A stretch of 63,959 nt of DNA, the filler included, from Chthonomonadaceae bacterium (GTDB lineage: Bacteria > Armatimonadota > Chthonomonadetes > Chthonomonadales > Chthonomonadaceae), in the NCBI GenBank assembly GCA_035650735.1. It is 7 parts of 7 records of this genome, joined end to end, with 100 filler letters (N's around TTAATTAATTAA, not from the genome) between each part and the next. Parts side by side here need not be neighbours in the genome. Positions count along the whole stretch, not along the records: positions 22,117 to 37,587 come from DASRGZ010000020.1; 6 more parts are not named here. One strand, 5' to 3'. This document shows, one piece after another, positions 27,496 through 37,687 of the stretch; position 1 is the stretch's first letter; every line of letters starts with the position of its first letter. The notes below the pieces were generated by a model. That model searched no databases, had not been told where the DNA came from, and worked only from the letters and a program-made list of their open reading frames with translations. Both the position numbers and the translations under genes were made by a program.

Positions 27496-30315
27496 CTATT
27501 TTGCGGAGGCATCCGCTTCAACGGTGAAATGGATCTGGACGCAGCCGCCAGCGGCGGGAGTATTGCCGAAGGAGATGCGGCCCTGGAGGTCGCGCTCGGC
27601 CAGGGTAGTCACGAGGTCCAAGCCCTGGTGGGCGTCGCGTTCGGGGTTGAAATCGGGAGGGAAGCCGGGGCCGTCGTCGCTAACTTCAAGCTGACAGGCG
27701 TCGCCGGTGCGGCGCAGCGTGACCCATGCCCGCTGCGCGCCGTGCTTGCTAGCGTTGCTTAAGAGCTCGTTGAGGATGAGCGCCAGCGCCGTGCCCTGCT
27801 TGACGCTCAATACGGCGTCGTCGGACTGCCATTCGGTATGAATATCGGCGGTCTGTATCGCCATCGGGACGAGCCGCTTGACGACCTCACGCGCCGAGAC
27901 CGTCATGGCGGCCTGATGGTGCGAGAGGAAATCATGCACGGCGGCGATGGCGCGCACGTGCCCGACCATACGCCCCAGGTCGCGGCGCGAGATCGGCGCG
28001 GAGTCTCCCTCGGACTCCATCAGGCGCATATCCAGCAGGGCCGCGATCACCTGGAGGTTGTTCTTGACGCGGTGGTGCGTCTCGGCGAAGGCTTCCGCAA
28101 GGCGCTGGGTCTGCTCGCGCTCGGCCTGGTAGAGCCGGGCGTTCTCCACGGCCAGGCGGGCGCGCTCGGCCACGAGCTCGGTGAGCTCGACCTCCTCCTC
28201 CGTCCACTGGCGCGGCGCGTCGTCGGCCACGAACAGCGTCGCCACCCAGCGCGCCCCTTCGACGATAGGAATTCCAATCAAACTGCGAATCCGGTACCGA
28301 AGAAATCGATCCTGTACCGGACGGGTGAGCGGATCTTTGCGGACATCGGAGATAATCATGTTCTGCCCGGACATCAGCGCTTTGGCGAACGGATTGTCGC
28401 CGGGCAGAGGATAGGTGCCGAGTACGGAGGGCCGGGCCGCATCGCGCGTATACTCGCTAAGGATGGAGATCTCCTGCGCTGCCGGCCCCACAACCGAGTA
28501 GTAGGCGCGCGACGCCTTCAGGAAGCGGCCCAGAATGCCGGTGGTGGCGCGCAGCACATCGTCGGGATGGAGGCTGGCGCGCAGGCTATCACCGATCTGG
28601 CGCAGGAGGCGGTTGCGGTTGCGGTCGCGCACCGGATCGGTGATGTCGGTGGTGGTGCCGACGATCTGGAGGCAGCGGCCCCGGCTATCGTTGACGCGGG
28701 TGCCGCGCGCCAGGAAGTGCCGGTAGATCCCACCCTTGCCCCGCAGACGGTACTCCACTTCATAATCGGCGCCCGCCGCGCACGCCGCCGCCCATGCCGC
28801 CGCCACCCGCTCCCGGTCCTGAGGATGGATATCCTGGAGCCAGCCGTCGCCCAGGAGCTGGTCGGTGGGCGTGCCGGTGAATGCCTCCCAGTGGGCGTTG
28901 AAGTAGACCGCCTTGCCGTCCGGGGTGGCAGACCAGACAAACTGGGGGATGGACTCGGTGAGCGTGCGATACTGGGCGCGCTCCCGCTCCGCTTCGTCCA
29001 TGAGGCGGCGCAGCTCGCGCACGTCGTGGCCGACGTTGACGGCGAGCGTGACGTTGCCGTCCTCGTCCCAGGCGACCGGGCCGCCGTTCATCAGGAAATG
29101 CGCTTCGTAGCCGTCGGGAGTGAGGACGTGGTACTCTTGGCTGTCAAAGCGCTCACCGCGCAGGGCGCGCGTCAGCGGCCACTGGTCGGGGCTGATGGAC
29201 ACATTATCCCGCAGCATCTGCCATTCTTGCGGCCTTGCCAGGGCTGCGCGGAACGCGTCCGCCGTTTCGTAGCCCATCAGGCGTGGGCCGTCGGGGTTGA
29301 TGCGGACGAGCCGCCCGTGCTGGTCGAAGAGGGCGACGTGCGTGTAGGGAATGTTGTCGAAGACGTTCTCCAGGATCTGCCGCTCGGCCTGCGCCTGCTG
29401 ATACGCCTGCTCCAACTCCTGCCGGGCCTGGTGCAGGTCGGTGACATCGTGGAGCGTGAGGGCGCTGCCCAGGATGCGCCCGTCTTCGGCGCGCACGGGC
29501 GCGGCATGGATGAGCGCCCACATCTCCCGTCCCTCCGGGAAGACCACCCGCACCTCCTGGCCATGAATCACCTCCCCGGCCAGGGCGCGCACAATAGGCC
29601 GCATCTCCGGCGGAACGGGAAGGTGATCCTGAGTATACATCCGATGGGACATGAGATATTCGGCCAGGGTCGGCAGCGGCGCCTCCTCCGGCAGGTTGCC
29701 AAGATACTGCCGTCCGGCGGCGTTGGTCTCGACGAGGCGCCCGTTGGTGTCGGCCATGAGCACGGGATCCGCTATGGTGTCGAAGAGGGCGCGCAGGCGT
29801 GCCCCAGCCTGCTCCGCCGCCTGCCGGGCCTGGGCCATCTCGGCCTCCTGGCGGCGCAGGCGCCACTCCGCGCTGATGTCGCGCCCCACGCTCGCTGCCC
29901 CGATAATGGCGCCGTCCTTGGCGCGAATCGGCGCCGCCGAAACGCTTTGCAGATGCAGAGGCCCCTCGTTCCCAAGGCGCACCAGACACAGAAAATCACG
30001 CACGTTCTCGCCAGCCAGGGCCTGCACCAGGGGAATACGCTCATACGGAAGCGGGGAGAGATCGGGCGTGTAGAGTTCGACCCGGGCCAGCAGCTCGGCG
30101 AGCGGGCGGCCCTGCCAGTTCTCAGGAGCACAGGTGAGATTGGCATAGAGGATGCGTCCCTCCGTGTTGATCGCCAGCGCCATATCGGAAAGCTGCTGGA
30201 TGATGGCCCCGGCAATGTCGGGATCCGTCGGGCTGTGAGCCGGCGGCGAGGGTTGCGCCGGAGCGGCTACCGCAGCGGTTTGACCGTCGTGGGAGTGTTT
30301 GCTCGAATGGTTCAT
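27496..30315 (-). CDS. Multi-PAS + GAF sensor histidine kinase (HisKA_2 type)
   Basis: Four PAS/PAC-like units, a GAF domain, ETHHRVKNNLQ, ELLSNASKHG, DDGPG. Start uncertain (30315 or 30330). Confidence 0.9.
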   Translation of the reverse strand: MNHSSKHSHDGQTAAVAAPAQPSPPAHSPTDPDIAGAIIQQLSDMALAINTEGRILYANLTCAPENWQGRPLAELLARVELYTPDLSPLPYERIPLVQALAGENVRDFLCLVRLGNEGPLHLQSVSAAPIRAKDGAIIGAASVGRDISAEWRLRRQEAEMAQARQAAEQAGARLRALFDTIADPVLMADTNGRLVETNAAGRQYLGNLPEEAPLPTLAEYLMSHRMYTQDHLPVPPEMRPIVRALAGEVIHGQEVRVVFPEGREMWALIHAAPVRAEDGRILGSALTLHDVTDLHQARQELEQAYQQAQAERQILENVFDNIPYTHVALFDQHGRLVRINPDGPRLMGYETADAFRAALARPQEWQMLRDNVSISPDQWPLTRALRGERFDSQEYHVLTPDGYEAHFLMNGGPVAWDEDGNVTLAVNVGHDVRELRRLMDEAERERAQYRTLTESIPQFVWSATPDGKAVYFNAHWEAFTGTPTDQLLGDGWLQDIHPQDRERVAAAWAAACAAGADYEVEYRLRGKGGIYRHFLARGTRVNDSRGRCLQIVGTTTDITDPVRDRNRNRLLRQIGDSLRASLHPDDVLRATTGILGRFLKASRAYYSVVGPAAQEISILSEYTRDAARPSVLGTYPLPGDNPFAKALMSGQNMIISDVRKDPLTRPVQDRFLRYRIRSLIGIPIVEGARWVATLFVADDAPRQWTEEEVELTELVAERARLAVENARLYQAEREQTQRLAEAFAETHHRVKNNLQVIAALLDMRLMESEGDSAPISRRDLGRMVGHVRAIAAVHDFLSHHQAAMTVSAREVVKRLVPMAIQTADIHTEWQSDDAVLSVKQGTALALILNELLSNASKHGAQRAWVTLRRTGDACQLEVSDDGPGFPPDFNPERDAHQGLDLVTTLAERDLQGRISFGNTPAAGGCVQIHFTVEADASAK

Positions 30316-30568
30316 GCGGCCTTTCTTCATCGGGATGACAGCGTCCTGATTTCCACGCACAAGGAGGCAGCGATGACTCCAAAATTTAGCCGGTTTTCTC
30401 GCGCCTGAGCAGACTATGATGGTGCTTTTCGCGGGCGCAGGGACGGAATCCTGCACGGCGAAAGCGGAGGAACCGGCGCGGCGCGCGTCGAATTGGAGGC
30501 ATGCGGCAGAGCCAGCAAAACTCTCTTTACCGCAGGCCCCATATTCTATACTCAAGAGGATTGATTCT

Positions 30569-31606
30569 ATGGCTAAAGACAAGATCGGTGTTGCCGTCAT
30601 TGGCAGCGGCAGCATCGCCAAGCACCGCCATGCGCCGGAATACGCCGCCCATCCTGATGTTGAAATCGTCGCCTTTGTGGATCCCGTGCTGGAACGGGCC
30701 GAAAAGCTGGCGAAGACCTATGACGCCAAAGCCCTCCCCAAGTGGGAAGAGGCACTGGAGCTCAAGGGCGTGGATGCCGTTAGCGTCTGTACCCCCAACT
30801 ATCTGCACGCACCGATTAGCGTCGCCGCGCTGAACGCCGGTAAGCACACGCTCTGCGAAAAGCCGATGGCGACCTCCGACGCTGAGGCCCGGGAGATGAT
30901 TGCGGCGGCGCAGAAGTCCGGGAAAATCTTAATGATCGGGCACAACCAGCGCCTGGCTCCCCTGCACGTCAAGGCCAAGGAGCTGCTCGCCAACGGAACC
31001 ATCGGCAAGGTGCTGACCTTCCGCACCGCCTTCGCCCACCCCGGCCCGGAAGGCTGGAGCATCGAGGGGAAGAAGAGCTGGTTCTTTGACAAGAAGAAGG
31101 CGTTCGTCGGCTCGATGGGCGACCTGGGCGTCCACAAGTCTGACCTGCTGCGCTGGCTTTTGGGCGAGGAGATCGTGGAGGTCGCCGCACTGGTGGAGCA
31201 CATGGATAAGCCCTACGGCGACGTAGATGACAACGCCGTCTGCCTGCTGCGCACCCAGAGCGGGGCCATCGGCACATTGGTGGCGTCCTGGACGCACAAC
31301 CCCGGCGAGGACAACGCGACGGTCCTCTATGGCACCAAGGGCATCCTGCGCATCGGTACGGACCCGCGCTTCAGCGTGATCGTGGAACTGGCAAACGGCG
31401 AGAAGCAGTTCTATGAGGTGGGCAAGCTCCAGACCAACGAGGCCGGCGGCCAGAGCAGTTCGGGCGTGATTGATGCGTTCGTCCAGTCCATCCAGACGAA
31501 CACGCCCCCGCCCATCCCCGGCGAAGAGGGCCGCCGCTCGCTGGCGGTCATCCTGGCTTGCCTGAAGTCTTCGGAGACCAAACAGTTCGCCAAAGTCGAA
31601 CTCTAA
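30569..31606 (+). CDS. Gfo/Idh/MocA oxidoreductase
   Basis: IGSGSIA, CEKPMA, DLGVH; GAGGA RBS. Confidence 0.92.
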   Translation: MAKDKIGVAVIGSGSIAKHRHAPEYAAHPDVEIVAFVDPVLERAEKLAKTYDAKALPKWEEALELKGVDAVSVCTPNYLHAPISVAALNAGKHTLCEKPMATSDAEAREMIAAAQKSGKILMIGHNQRLAPLHVKAKELLANGTIGKVLTFRTAFAHPGPEGWSIEGKKSWFFDKKKAFVGSMGDLGVHKSDLLRWLLGEEIVEVAALVEHMDKPYGDVDDNAVCLLRTQSGAIGTLVASWTHNPGEDNATVLYGTKGILRIGTDPRFSVIVELANGEKQFYEVGKLQTNEAGGQSSSGVIDAFVQSIQTNTPPPIPGEEGRRSLAVILACLKSSETKQFAKVEL

Positions 31607-31618
31607 CAGCAAAAATAG

Positions 31619-31871
31619 ACCACCCGCTGCCGCTAGAGGCACGGAGACACGGAGGAGTCACGGAGAAAAACAAAGAGGAGGACAAAAGCAAAAAACTGTT
31701 AGACAGGATGAACGGGATGAACCGGATTTCAACAAAACAGAGAAGCCTTGCTTCTCCGCCTTTGTGTAATTCTGTAAATCCTATTCATCCTGTCCAAAAA
31801 TCTGATCTCTTTCTCTTTGTTTTTCTCCGTGACTCCTCCGTGTCTCCGTGCCTCTAGCGGCAGCGGGTGGT
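31619..31871. repeat. Nested palindromic element with a perfect 59-bp outer inverted repeat
   Basis: 31619-31677 is the reverse complement of 31813-31871; inner imperfect IR 31702-31729/31768-31794; central hairpin 31740-31756; lies between convergent genes. Confidence 0.92.
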
Positions 31872-31880
31872 TTATTTCCG

Positions 31881-32927
31881 TTAGTATTGGACGGTGACGG
31901 GCTTGCCGGTTTCCAGGCTCTCGTTGGCGGCCAGGGCTACCAGCGTCGTGCGGACGCCGTCGGGATAGGGGCACAGGATCTTGGAGCGGTCGCCCGACTT
32001 GACGGCCTCGATGAAGGCGCGGTCTTCCTTCGGGAAGATGTCTTCGATGTCGCCCTTGATCTCTTCTGCGCCGGGCTCGCCCTGGCGGAATATCTGGACA
32101 TGATGCGCCCAGTCGGTGAACTTGGCGGTATGGTGCGCGGCCCAGATATTGAGGAAGACGCCGCCGCCCGCCCCGGCAGCGCAGCAGGACATAATGTTGC
32201 CCACGCCCCCGCTCTCGAACTTCATGGAGACGACCATCGCGTCGTCGAGGTTGTAGTTGGGAATCAGGTTGGGCAGCTTCTTGTTAAAGCCGTTGGCCGC
32301 GAAGGCGTACACCTCAGTCACTTCCCCGGCCAGGTAGCGCGCCAGGTCTACCGTATGGATGACCTGCTCCACGAACTGCCCGCCGCTCTTCTCCTTGATC
32401 GGCCACCACTGCCCGATAGGCGCCTTGGCGAAGTAGTCGCCCTCCTTCATCAGCGGCGGACCGCCAACCCAGGCGCCATCCAGGAGGATCGCCGGGTCAT
32501 TTTTCAGCAGTTCTTTGACGCGGTTGACGGACTTGCGGTAGCGGTTCATGAAGCCGGCGGTGGCGATCAGGCCGGAGGATTCGACCTCGCTGGCGAGTTT
32601 GCGCAGATCATTGGGGTAGAGGCCCAGCGGCTTCTCGACCAGGAAGGGCACTTTGGCCGCGAGGCAGGCCCGCTCTGGCTCACCGTGCGCGTAGGTCGGG
32701 ATCAGGATGTAGGCGGCATCCAGCGGCGTGTCCTCCAGCATTTTGCTGGCGTTATCGTAGACCTTACCGCCGTAGGTATCGGCATGCTTCTGCGCCCGCT
32801 CCACGACAATATCGCAAAATGCGGCCAGTTCGACGTCCTCAGCCCGGGAAAGCTCGGTCAGGTGCGCTTTCGAGATCCCACCGCACCCGATAATTCCGAC
32901 ACGAATCTTATCTTTCGTCTCTGCCAT
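31881..32927 (-). CDS. Gfo/Idh/MocA oxidoreductase
   Basis: IGCGGIS, VEKPLG, EQVIHTVDL. Confidence 0.92.
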   Translation of the reverse strand: MAETKDKIRVGIIGCGGISKAHLTELSRAEDVELAAFCDIVVERAQKHADTYGGKVYDNASKMLEDTPLDAAYILIPTYAHGEPERACLAAKVPFLVEKPLGLYPNDLRKLASEVESSGLIATAGFMNRYRKSVNRVKELLKNDPAILLDGAWVGGPPLMKEGDYFAKAPIGQWWPIKEKSGGQFVEQVIHTVDLARYLAGEVTEVYAFAANGFNKKLPNLIPNYNLDDAMVVSMKFESGGVGNIMSCCAAGAGGGVFLNIWAAHHTAKFTDWAHHVQIFRQGEPGAEEIKGDIEDIFPKEDRAFIEAVKSGDRSKILCPYPDGVRTTLVALAANESLETGKPVTVQY

Positions 32928-33124
32928 TTCGACTGCTCGTCCTCCTCTGGAGGGGCCGCACTGCGGCCCGTCTGTGCGTTCGGCGGCAGGGTCTTCCGTT
33001 CATCCCGATGGGGCAGGAAGAGGTCCCGGCGCGTTCGCGCGGTAAGGTTCGGCTTTGGCGGGCGCGCCTCCTGCCTGTTTTGCGCAAAATTGCCGTTTTG
33101 TCTTGCACGGTCCCTTTGTGGTGG

Positions 33125-33976
33125 TTACACAAACGGGTAGGCGCCGAAATGCAGCAGCGCCCAGGCGCAGAGGACGCCGCCGATGCTGGCGAGGAAGTTG
33201 ACGACGTCGTTGTTGATCCAGGGCACGCCGCGCACACGTACGGTCTGCCGCCCGACGGTTTCCCGGCGCTCGGTGAACTCCCCGGTGGCCGGATCGCGGT
33301 ACTGCGCCTGCACGCTGGCTCCGAGCACGCTGTCCATCAGGCTGCCCAGGAAACCGGCCCAGGCCACCGCGATGAACTCGGCGGCATCCAGACGCCACAG
33401 CCCCAGCGCCGAGAGTGGAATGACCACCGCCGCGCACAATGCCGCCAGCACCCCCAATCCGGTAATGGCGCCCGACGTGCCCGGCGCGACAGGCCGCCAG
33501 TTGGTCAGCAGGCGCGGCGCCCTACGGGAGAGCGCCCCGATCTCGGTGGCCCAGGTATCGGCATTGACGGTGGCGAGCGCGGCCAGGTAGAGTATCAGCA
33601 GAGCGCGCGTCTGATAGGCGGGCCAGTGGCGCACGGCGTAGGTATAGAGCAGCACGACCGCGACGGCCACGCCCCCGTTGGCCCAGACCTGCCCGGCGTC
33701 CCGGATGGCGCCTTTGTCGGCGCGGGCGTGCGCAGCCGCTTTATGCGCCCTTCCGACGCGGGAGAGCAGCGAAGAGGAGAGGAAGAAGGTCAGGAGCGGC
33801 ACCGTAAACTTGCCGCCGCCCAGCCCGAACACGATGAAGCCGACGACAAACGTGGACAGCGCGCCGCTGCGGGTCAGCCAGCGGGCCTGCCAGGACAGCA
33901 GCGCGAACGCGGCGGACAGCAGCAGCGCCAACCAGAGCGGAGGCGTCGTCAAAATTGTGGCAAGGGAGTGACTCAT
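33125..33976 (-). CDS. DUF92 (TMEM19-like) membrane protein
   Basis: RDAGQVWANGG, ADTWATEIG, GTSGAIT, DSVLGASVQ, NNDVVN. Confidence 0.92.
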   Translation of the reverse strand: MSHSLATILTTPPLWLALLLSAAFALLSWQARWLTRSGALSTFVVGFIVFGLGGGKFTVPLLTFFLSSSLLSRVGRAHKAAAHARADKGAIRDAGQVWANGGVAVAVVLLYTYAVRHWPAYQTRALLILYLAALATVNADTWATEIGALSRRAPRLLTNWRPVAPGTSGAITGLGVLAALCAAVVIPLSALGLWRLDAAEFIAVAWAGFLGSLMDSVLGASVQAQYRDPATGEFTERRETVGRQTVRVRGVPWINNDVVNFLASIGGVLCAWALLHFGAYPFV

Positions 33977-33994
33977 GAACCCCTTATTTCCGTG

Positions 33995-34678
33995 TTATTT
34001 CCGCGAGATGAACCGTTCGCCGCGCCGGTAGAACCGCCAGGGAAACTCCACGCCCTGCGAGATCCCGATGCGCGGCGTTGCCACGATGTCAGCCGGATCG
34101 AGCGGGCGCTCGTTGGAATCGCCGGCAGCGATCCAGAGGCGTTCGCCGGCGGTCAGATCGGCGCCGTCGAGCGCGCGGGTCAGCCCCATCGCCTGACAGA
34201 GCTTGCCCGGCCCGCCGCAGAGAGCGCGGCCCAGCCGAACGCGCGCCGCTTCCGTTCCGGCCTCTGAGTGGGTGTGCGCCTGCTTTGGCTCCCGCTCGGA
34301 TAGACTGCGGTTTTGCCGCATGAGTTCCACGCCCGTCAGCGGCTCCAGCGCCCGGATCAGCACCGCCTCCGCCACCCCATGCGGCGCCGTGACCGCGTTA
34401 AAGCAGAAGTACATTCCGTAGGTCAGGTAGATATAGGCATGTCCGGGCGGTCCGAACATCGTCGCGCAGCGCGGCGTCTGGCCCCGGTAGGCATGGCAGG
34501 CCGGATCGTTGTGCAGATAGGCTTCCGTTTCGGCGATCCGCCCGGCCAGCAGTCCCTCCGGGCTATCGTGGACGAGCACGCAGTTGAGCAGGGCGCGGGC
34601 CACCGTCAGCGTATTTTGCAGGTAGAAGGCGCGCGGCAGCGGCTCCCCGAACGCGCAGGCCGTCCGCAGATCACCCAT
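33995..34678 (-). CDS. mpg: DNA-3-methyladenine glycosylase (AAG/Mpg family)
   Basis: [41 protein letters not shown]...PWRF. Confidence 0.95.
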   Translation of the reverse strand: MGDLRTACAFGEPLPRAFYLQNTLTVARALLNCVLVHDSPEGLLAGRIAETEAYLHNDPACHAYRGQTPRCATMFGPPGHAYIYLTYGMYFCFNAVTAPHGVAEAVLIRALEPLTGVELMRQNRSLSEREPKQAHTHSEAGTEAARVRLGRALCGGPGKLCQAMGLTRALDGADLTAGERLWIAAGDSNERPLDPADIVATPRIGISQGVEFPWRFYRRGERFISRK

Positions 34679-35207
34679 GCCCTACCCCACCGCCGGTCGC
34701 GCCCTTCACGGGTAGCACTCGCTCCGGGCCGAACAGGCCCAGCGCCTCCGCCGCCCGCAGCAGTTGCGCGGCGTCTTCCAGCTTGATCTCATAGTCCTCG
34801 AAATCGGCCAGGCCGCCGTGCTGCGCCAGCTCTAGAAACGCCTCCACGTTCCGCACCTCAAATTTTGTCTCCAGCAGGCGCACCAGGCGCGGCGTCAGGC
34901 CCGTCACGCGCAGCAGCGCCTGGATCTCCTCCGGCGTCTCGGCCTTCAGCCGCTCATAGAGGCCGCAGGTTCCCGTCTGCAGGATCTCGACGATCTTGCC
35001 CGCGATGGCCGCGCCGATGCCGCGTAGAGTCTCCAGTTCCCCGCGCGCCGCGATGTCGGCCAACGGCTCGGCGAGCGCGCTGAGCAGCAGCGCCACCCGA
35101 TAGTAGGCGCGCACCTTGAACCCGCTCTCCTCCCGGTACGCCATGATCTCAGCGATACGCAGAAAGATGTGCGCGACCTCCATATTGGTTATCGCATCTT
35201 CCTCCAT
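34671..35207 (-). CDS. Stand-alone DNA polymerase X N-terminal (8-kDa/HhH) domain protein
   Basis: N.EVA.IF..IA......E..FKVRAY...[11 protein letters not shown]...TG; only 178 aa, with no polymerase or PHP domain; overlaps the mpg start. Confidence 0.8.
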   Translation of the reverse strand: MEEDAITNMEVAHIFLRIAEIMAYREESGFKVRAYYRVALLLSALAEPLADIAARGELETLRGIGAAIAGKIVEILQTGTCGLYERLKAETPEEIQALLRVTGLTPRLVRLLETKFEVRNVEAFLELAQHGGLADFEDYEIKLEDAAQLLRAAEALGLFGPERVLPVKGATGGGVGHG

Positions 35208-35269
35208 CGGTACATCCCTCAGGCTACTAGACGTATCGAAGCCGCCTTGCCGTTCAGGGCTTTTCCCCT

Positions 35270-35720
35270 ATGGCCCTCACCCCCTGTCCCCCTCTCCTAA
35301 AATTGGAGAGGGAGAGGAAAAATCAGGTTCTACCCTCATAGGGTCGTGTTCACGAGGCCGCTCGTGTTGTTATAGCGGGAAGAGAGAAGCCTTGTTCTCC
35401 CCTCCTCCCCGGCCCTTCTCCCTGCAAGGGAGAAGGGGAAGCAGATACTCCCTTGAGCAAGGCAGAAGGGGGAGCAGAAGCCAAGTCTCCCCTCTCCCGC
35501 AGCGTGGATCGCCAGGCGGAGGGCTGTCGCAAGGCAAAGCCGTGTCGCTAGGTGTGGCCAGGCGGAGGCAAGGGCCGTAACCCTGCCGCCCCTGGCAGTC
35601 CATTGCAGGCCCGCCCCTGGCAGTGGGTAAGGGGGTGGGGGCCGCTCCCCTCTCCTTGAGAAGGAGAGGGGTCGGGGGTGAGGTACTCTCCCCTCCCCTG
35701 TTCTTGGGGGTGGGGGCTGA
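35270..35720. repeat. Cluster of CCCTCTCC...GGAGAGGG-type REP palindromes containing the hairpin mini-element (35509-35624)
   Basis: Several imperfect palindromes, e.g. CCCCTCTCCTTGAGAAGGAGAGGGG; modules shared with 9686 and 18321. Confidence 0.8.
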
Positions 35721-36802
35721 ATGCCGCTGGTCACTGGCACGGCCGGTATAAAATAGAAGGCTAGCGCCACGATCACATACGCCGCCAGCAGTTGCGCGCC
35801 CTCCAGCCAATGGCTTCTGCCGTCCAGGGAGATCAGCGCGGCGATGGCGACGGAGACCGCCACGGCGATCAACTCAAAGTTTATGAAGAGCACGGTGATG
35901 GGATGACCGATCAGCAGGCCCGCAAAGATCACGACCGGCGCGACGAACATGGCGATCTGGGTGCTGGAAGAGAGGGCGATATTAAAGCTGATATCCATCT
36001 TGTTGCGCAGGGCCATCAGAACGGCGGCGCTGTGCTCGGCGGCGTTGCCGATGATCGGCACGACGATCACGCCGATGAATAAGGGGCTGACCTTCCACTG
36101 GTGGACGACCGGCTCGATGCTGGCGACCAGGTACTCGCTCTCCAGGGCGACAAAGAGGGTGCTGGCGAGCAGTGCCGCCACCGCTTTGCCCTGCGGCCAG
36201 TGGGGCGGCTCCGCCTCTTCCGCCTCACCGCCGCGAAACAGATCCTCGTGCGTCCACAGCGAGAAGATGATGCTGCCCACGTAGAGGAGCAACAGCACGC
36301 CCGCCACGCCCAGGCTCAGGCTCTCGATGCGCCAGTTGGTCGGGTCTTCCCTCATGCCGGGCACGCTGCGCACAAACAGCGCGGGCACCAGGATGGAGAT
36401 GACGGCCATCGCCAGCATCGCCGCGTGCATCCCGGCCAGGTCCTTATTAAAGGATTGTACCTTGTATTTGAGCCCGCCTAGCAATATCGAGAGGCCGAGC
36501 ACGAGCAAGATATTGCCGACGATGGAGCCGATCAGGGACGCCTTGACCACCTCTATCTCGTCTCGCGAGAGGGCGACGATGGCGATAATCAGTTCGGTGG
36601 CGTTGCCGAAGGTGGCGTTGAGCAGGCCGCCGACCGCCGGGCCGCGATACTTGGCAAGCTCTTCGGTCGCCAGCCCCATGTATCCGGCCAGCGGCACAAT
36701 CGCCAGGCAGGAGACAACAAACATGACCACGCCGGGCGCGCCCAGAAAATGCAGCAGGATGCTGATCGGGACAAAGACCAGCATCACCAACATCCAACGC
36801 AT
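35336..36802 (-). CDS. cax: Calcium/proton antiporter (CaCA family) whose frame runs through the REP cluster
   Basis: LNATFGNATELI, IIGNAAEH, SSTQIA, WLEGAQLLAAY; AGGAG RBS before ATG 36802. Recognisable domain ends near 35745. Confidence 0.88.
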   Translation of the reverse strand: MRWMLVMLVFVPISILLHFLGAPGVVMFVVSCLAIVPLAGYMGLATEELAKYRGPAVGGLLNATFGNATELIIAIVALSRDEIEVVKASLIGSIVGNILLVLGLSILLGGLKYKVQSFNKDLAGMHAAMLAMAVISILVPALFVRSVPGMREDPTNWRIESLSLGVAGVLLLLYVGSIIFSLWTHEDLFRGGEAEEAEPPHWPQGKAVAALLASTLFVALESEYLVASIEPVVHQWKVSPLFIGVIVVPIIGNAAEHSAAVLMALRNKMDISFNIALSSSTQIAMFVAPVVIFAGLLIGHPITVLFINFELIAVAVSVAIAALISLDGRSHWLEGAQLLAAYVIVALAFYFIPAVPVTSGIQPPPPRTGEGRVPHPRPLSFSRRGERPPPPYPLPGAGLQWTARGGRVTALASAWPHLATRLCLATALRLAIHAAGEGRLGFCSPFCLAQGSICFPFSLAGRRAGEEGRTRLLSSRYNNTSGLVNTTL

Positions 36803-36836
36803 TGGGTCGTTTTTCTCCTTTGGGGGATGGGGAACT

Positions 36837-37587
36837 TTACAGCAGCCGACCGATGCGCCCGCCCTGATAGGTGGCCTGCTCAACGGTCTGGGGAAGGTTG
36901 GCATCGCCGATCACGTGCAGCTCCGGCACCTGATCTCGCAGTTGCTGCGCCAGCGCGGCGACGGGCGTGGAACCGACGGTCGCCACCACGGCATCTATCC
37001 CCGTGATTAGACGCTCCTCTGCCGTCTGCGTATTGCGCAATCGCAGCGCGCCCTCACGGTCCCACCCCGCGATCTCTTCTCCCGGCCAGAAGCGCACCCC
37101 CCGCTGCCGCAGATGGGTCAGCATCTCGTCCAGCATCATGCCCTCGACCGACCCACAGACCTCGGACAGCGCGGTCACGAAGTCTACCTCCGCGCCGCGC
37201 GCCGACAGGTAGTCCGCCGCCACCACCGGGCGATTAAAGCCCTCCCGGTCGAAGAGGAGGACGTGCCGGGCCGTGTCGGCGGCACCGGCGATGACCTCAT
37301 GCACGGTCAGAGCGGCTGGGCCACCCGCGATCTCCAGGCGGTTCGGGCGAGAACCCGTAGCGATCACGACCACCTCCGGCTCCAGCGCCAGCACCGTCTC
37401 CGGCGTCGCCTCGGTGTTCAGGCGCACCCCAAAGAGGCCCTTCTGGCTCTGGCGCGTGTAGAACTCCGCGATGCGCGCCCAGGGCTTGCGCAGCGGGGAG
37501 GCGGCCCCCAGCCAGACCTGCCCGCCGACGCGATCCGTCTTCTCCAGCACGAGTACCTCATGGCCGCGCAGGGCCGCCGTCAGCGCG
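36837..37587 (-). CDS. FAD-dependent oxidoreductase (NADH:flavin oxidoreductase C-terminal part), 5' truncated by the contig end
   Basis: RGHEVLVLEK...GGQ, VVIATGS, VIGDA motifs. Confidence 0.8.
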
Positions 37588-37687
37588 NNNNNNNNNNNNN
37601 NNNNNNNNNNNNNNNNNNNNNNNNNNNNNNNTTAATTAATTAANNNNNNNNNNNNNNNNNNNNNNNNNNNNNNNNNNNNNNNNNNNN

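Noticed and set aside
27838..30408. Long antisense ORFs (856 aa here; also 621-1733, 47904-49943, 59452-60981 and others)
   Set aside because: Shadow frames opposite well-supported genes in high-GC DNA, with no recognisable motifs.
30316..30621. Extended N-termini making the PAS kinase and oxidoreductase overlap
   Set aside because: RBS positions and domain starts favour ATG 30315 (-) and 30569 (+), leaving a normal divergent intergenic region.
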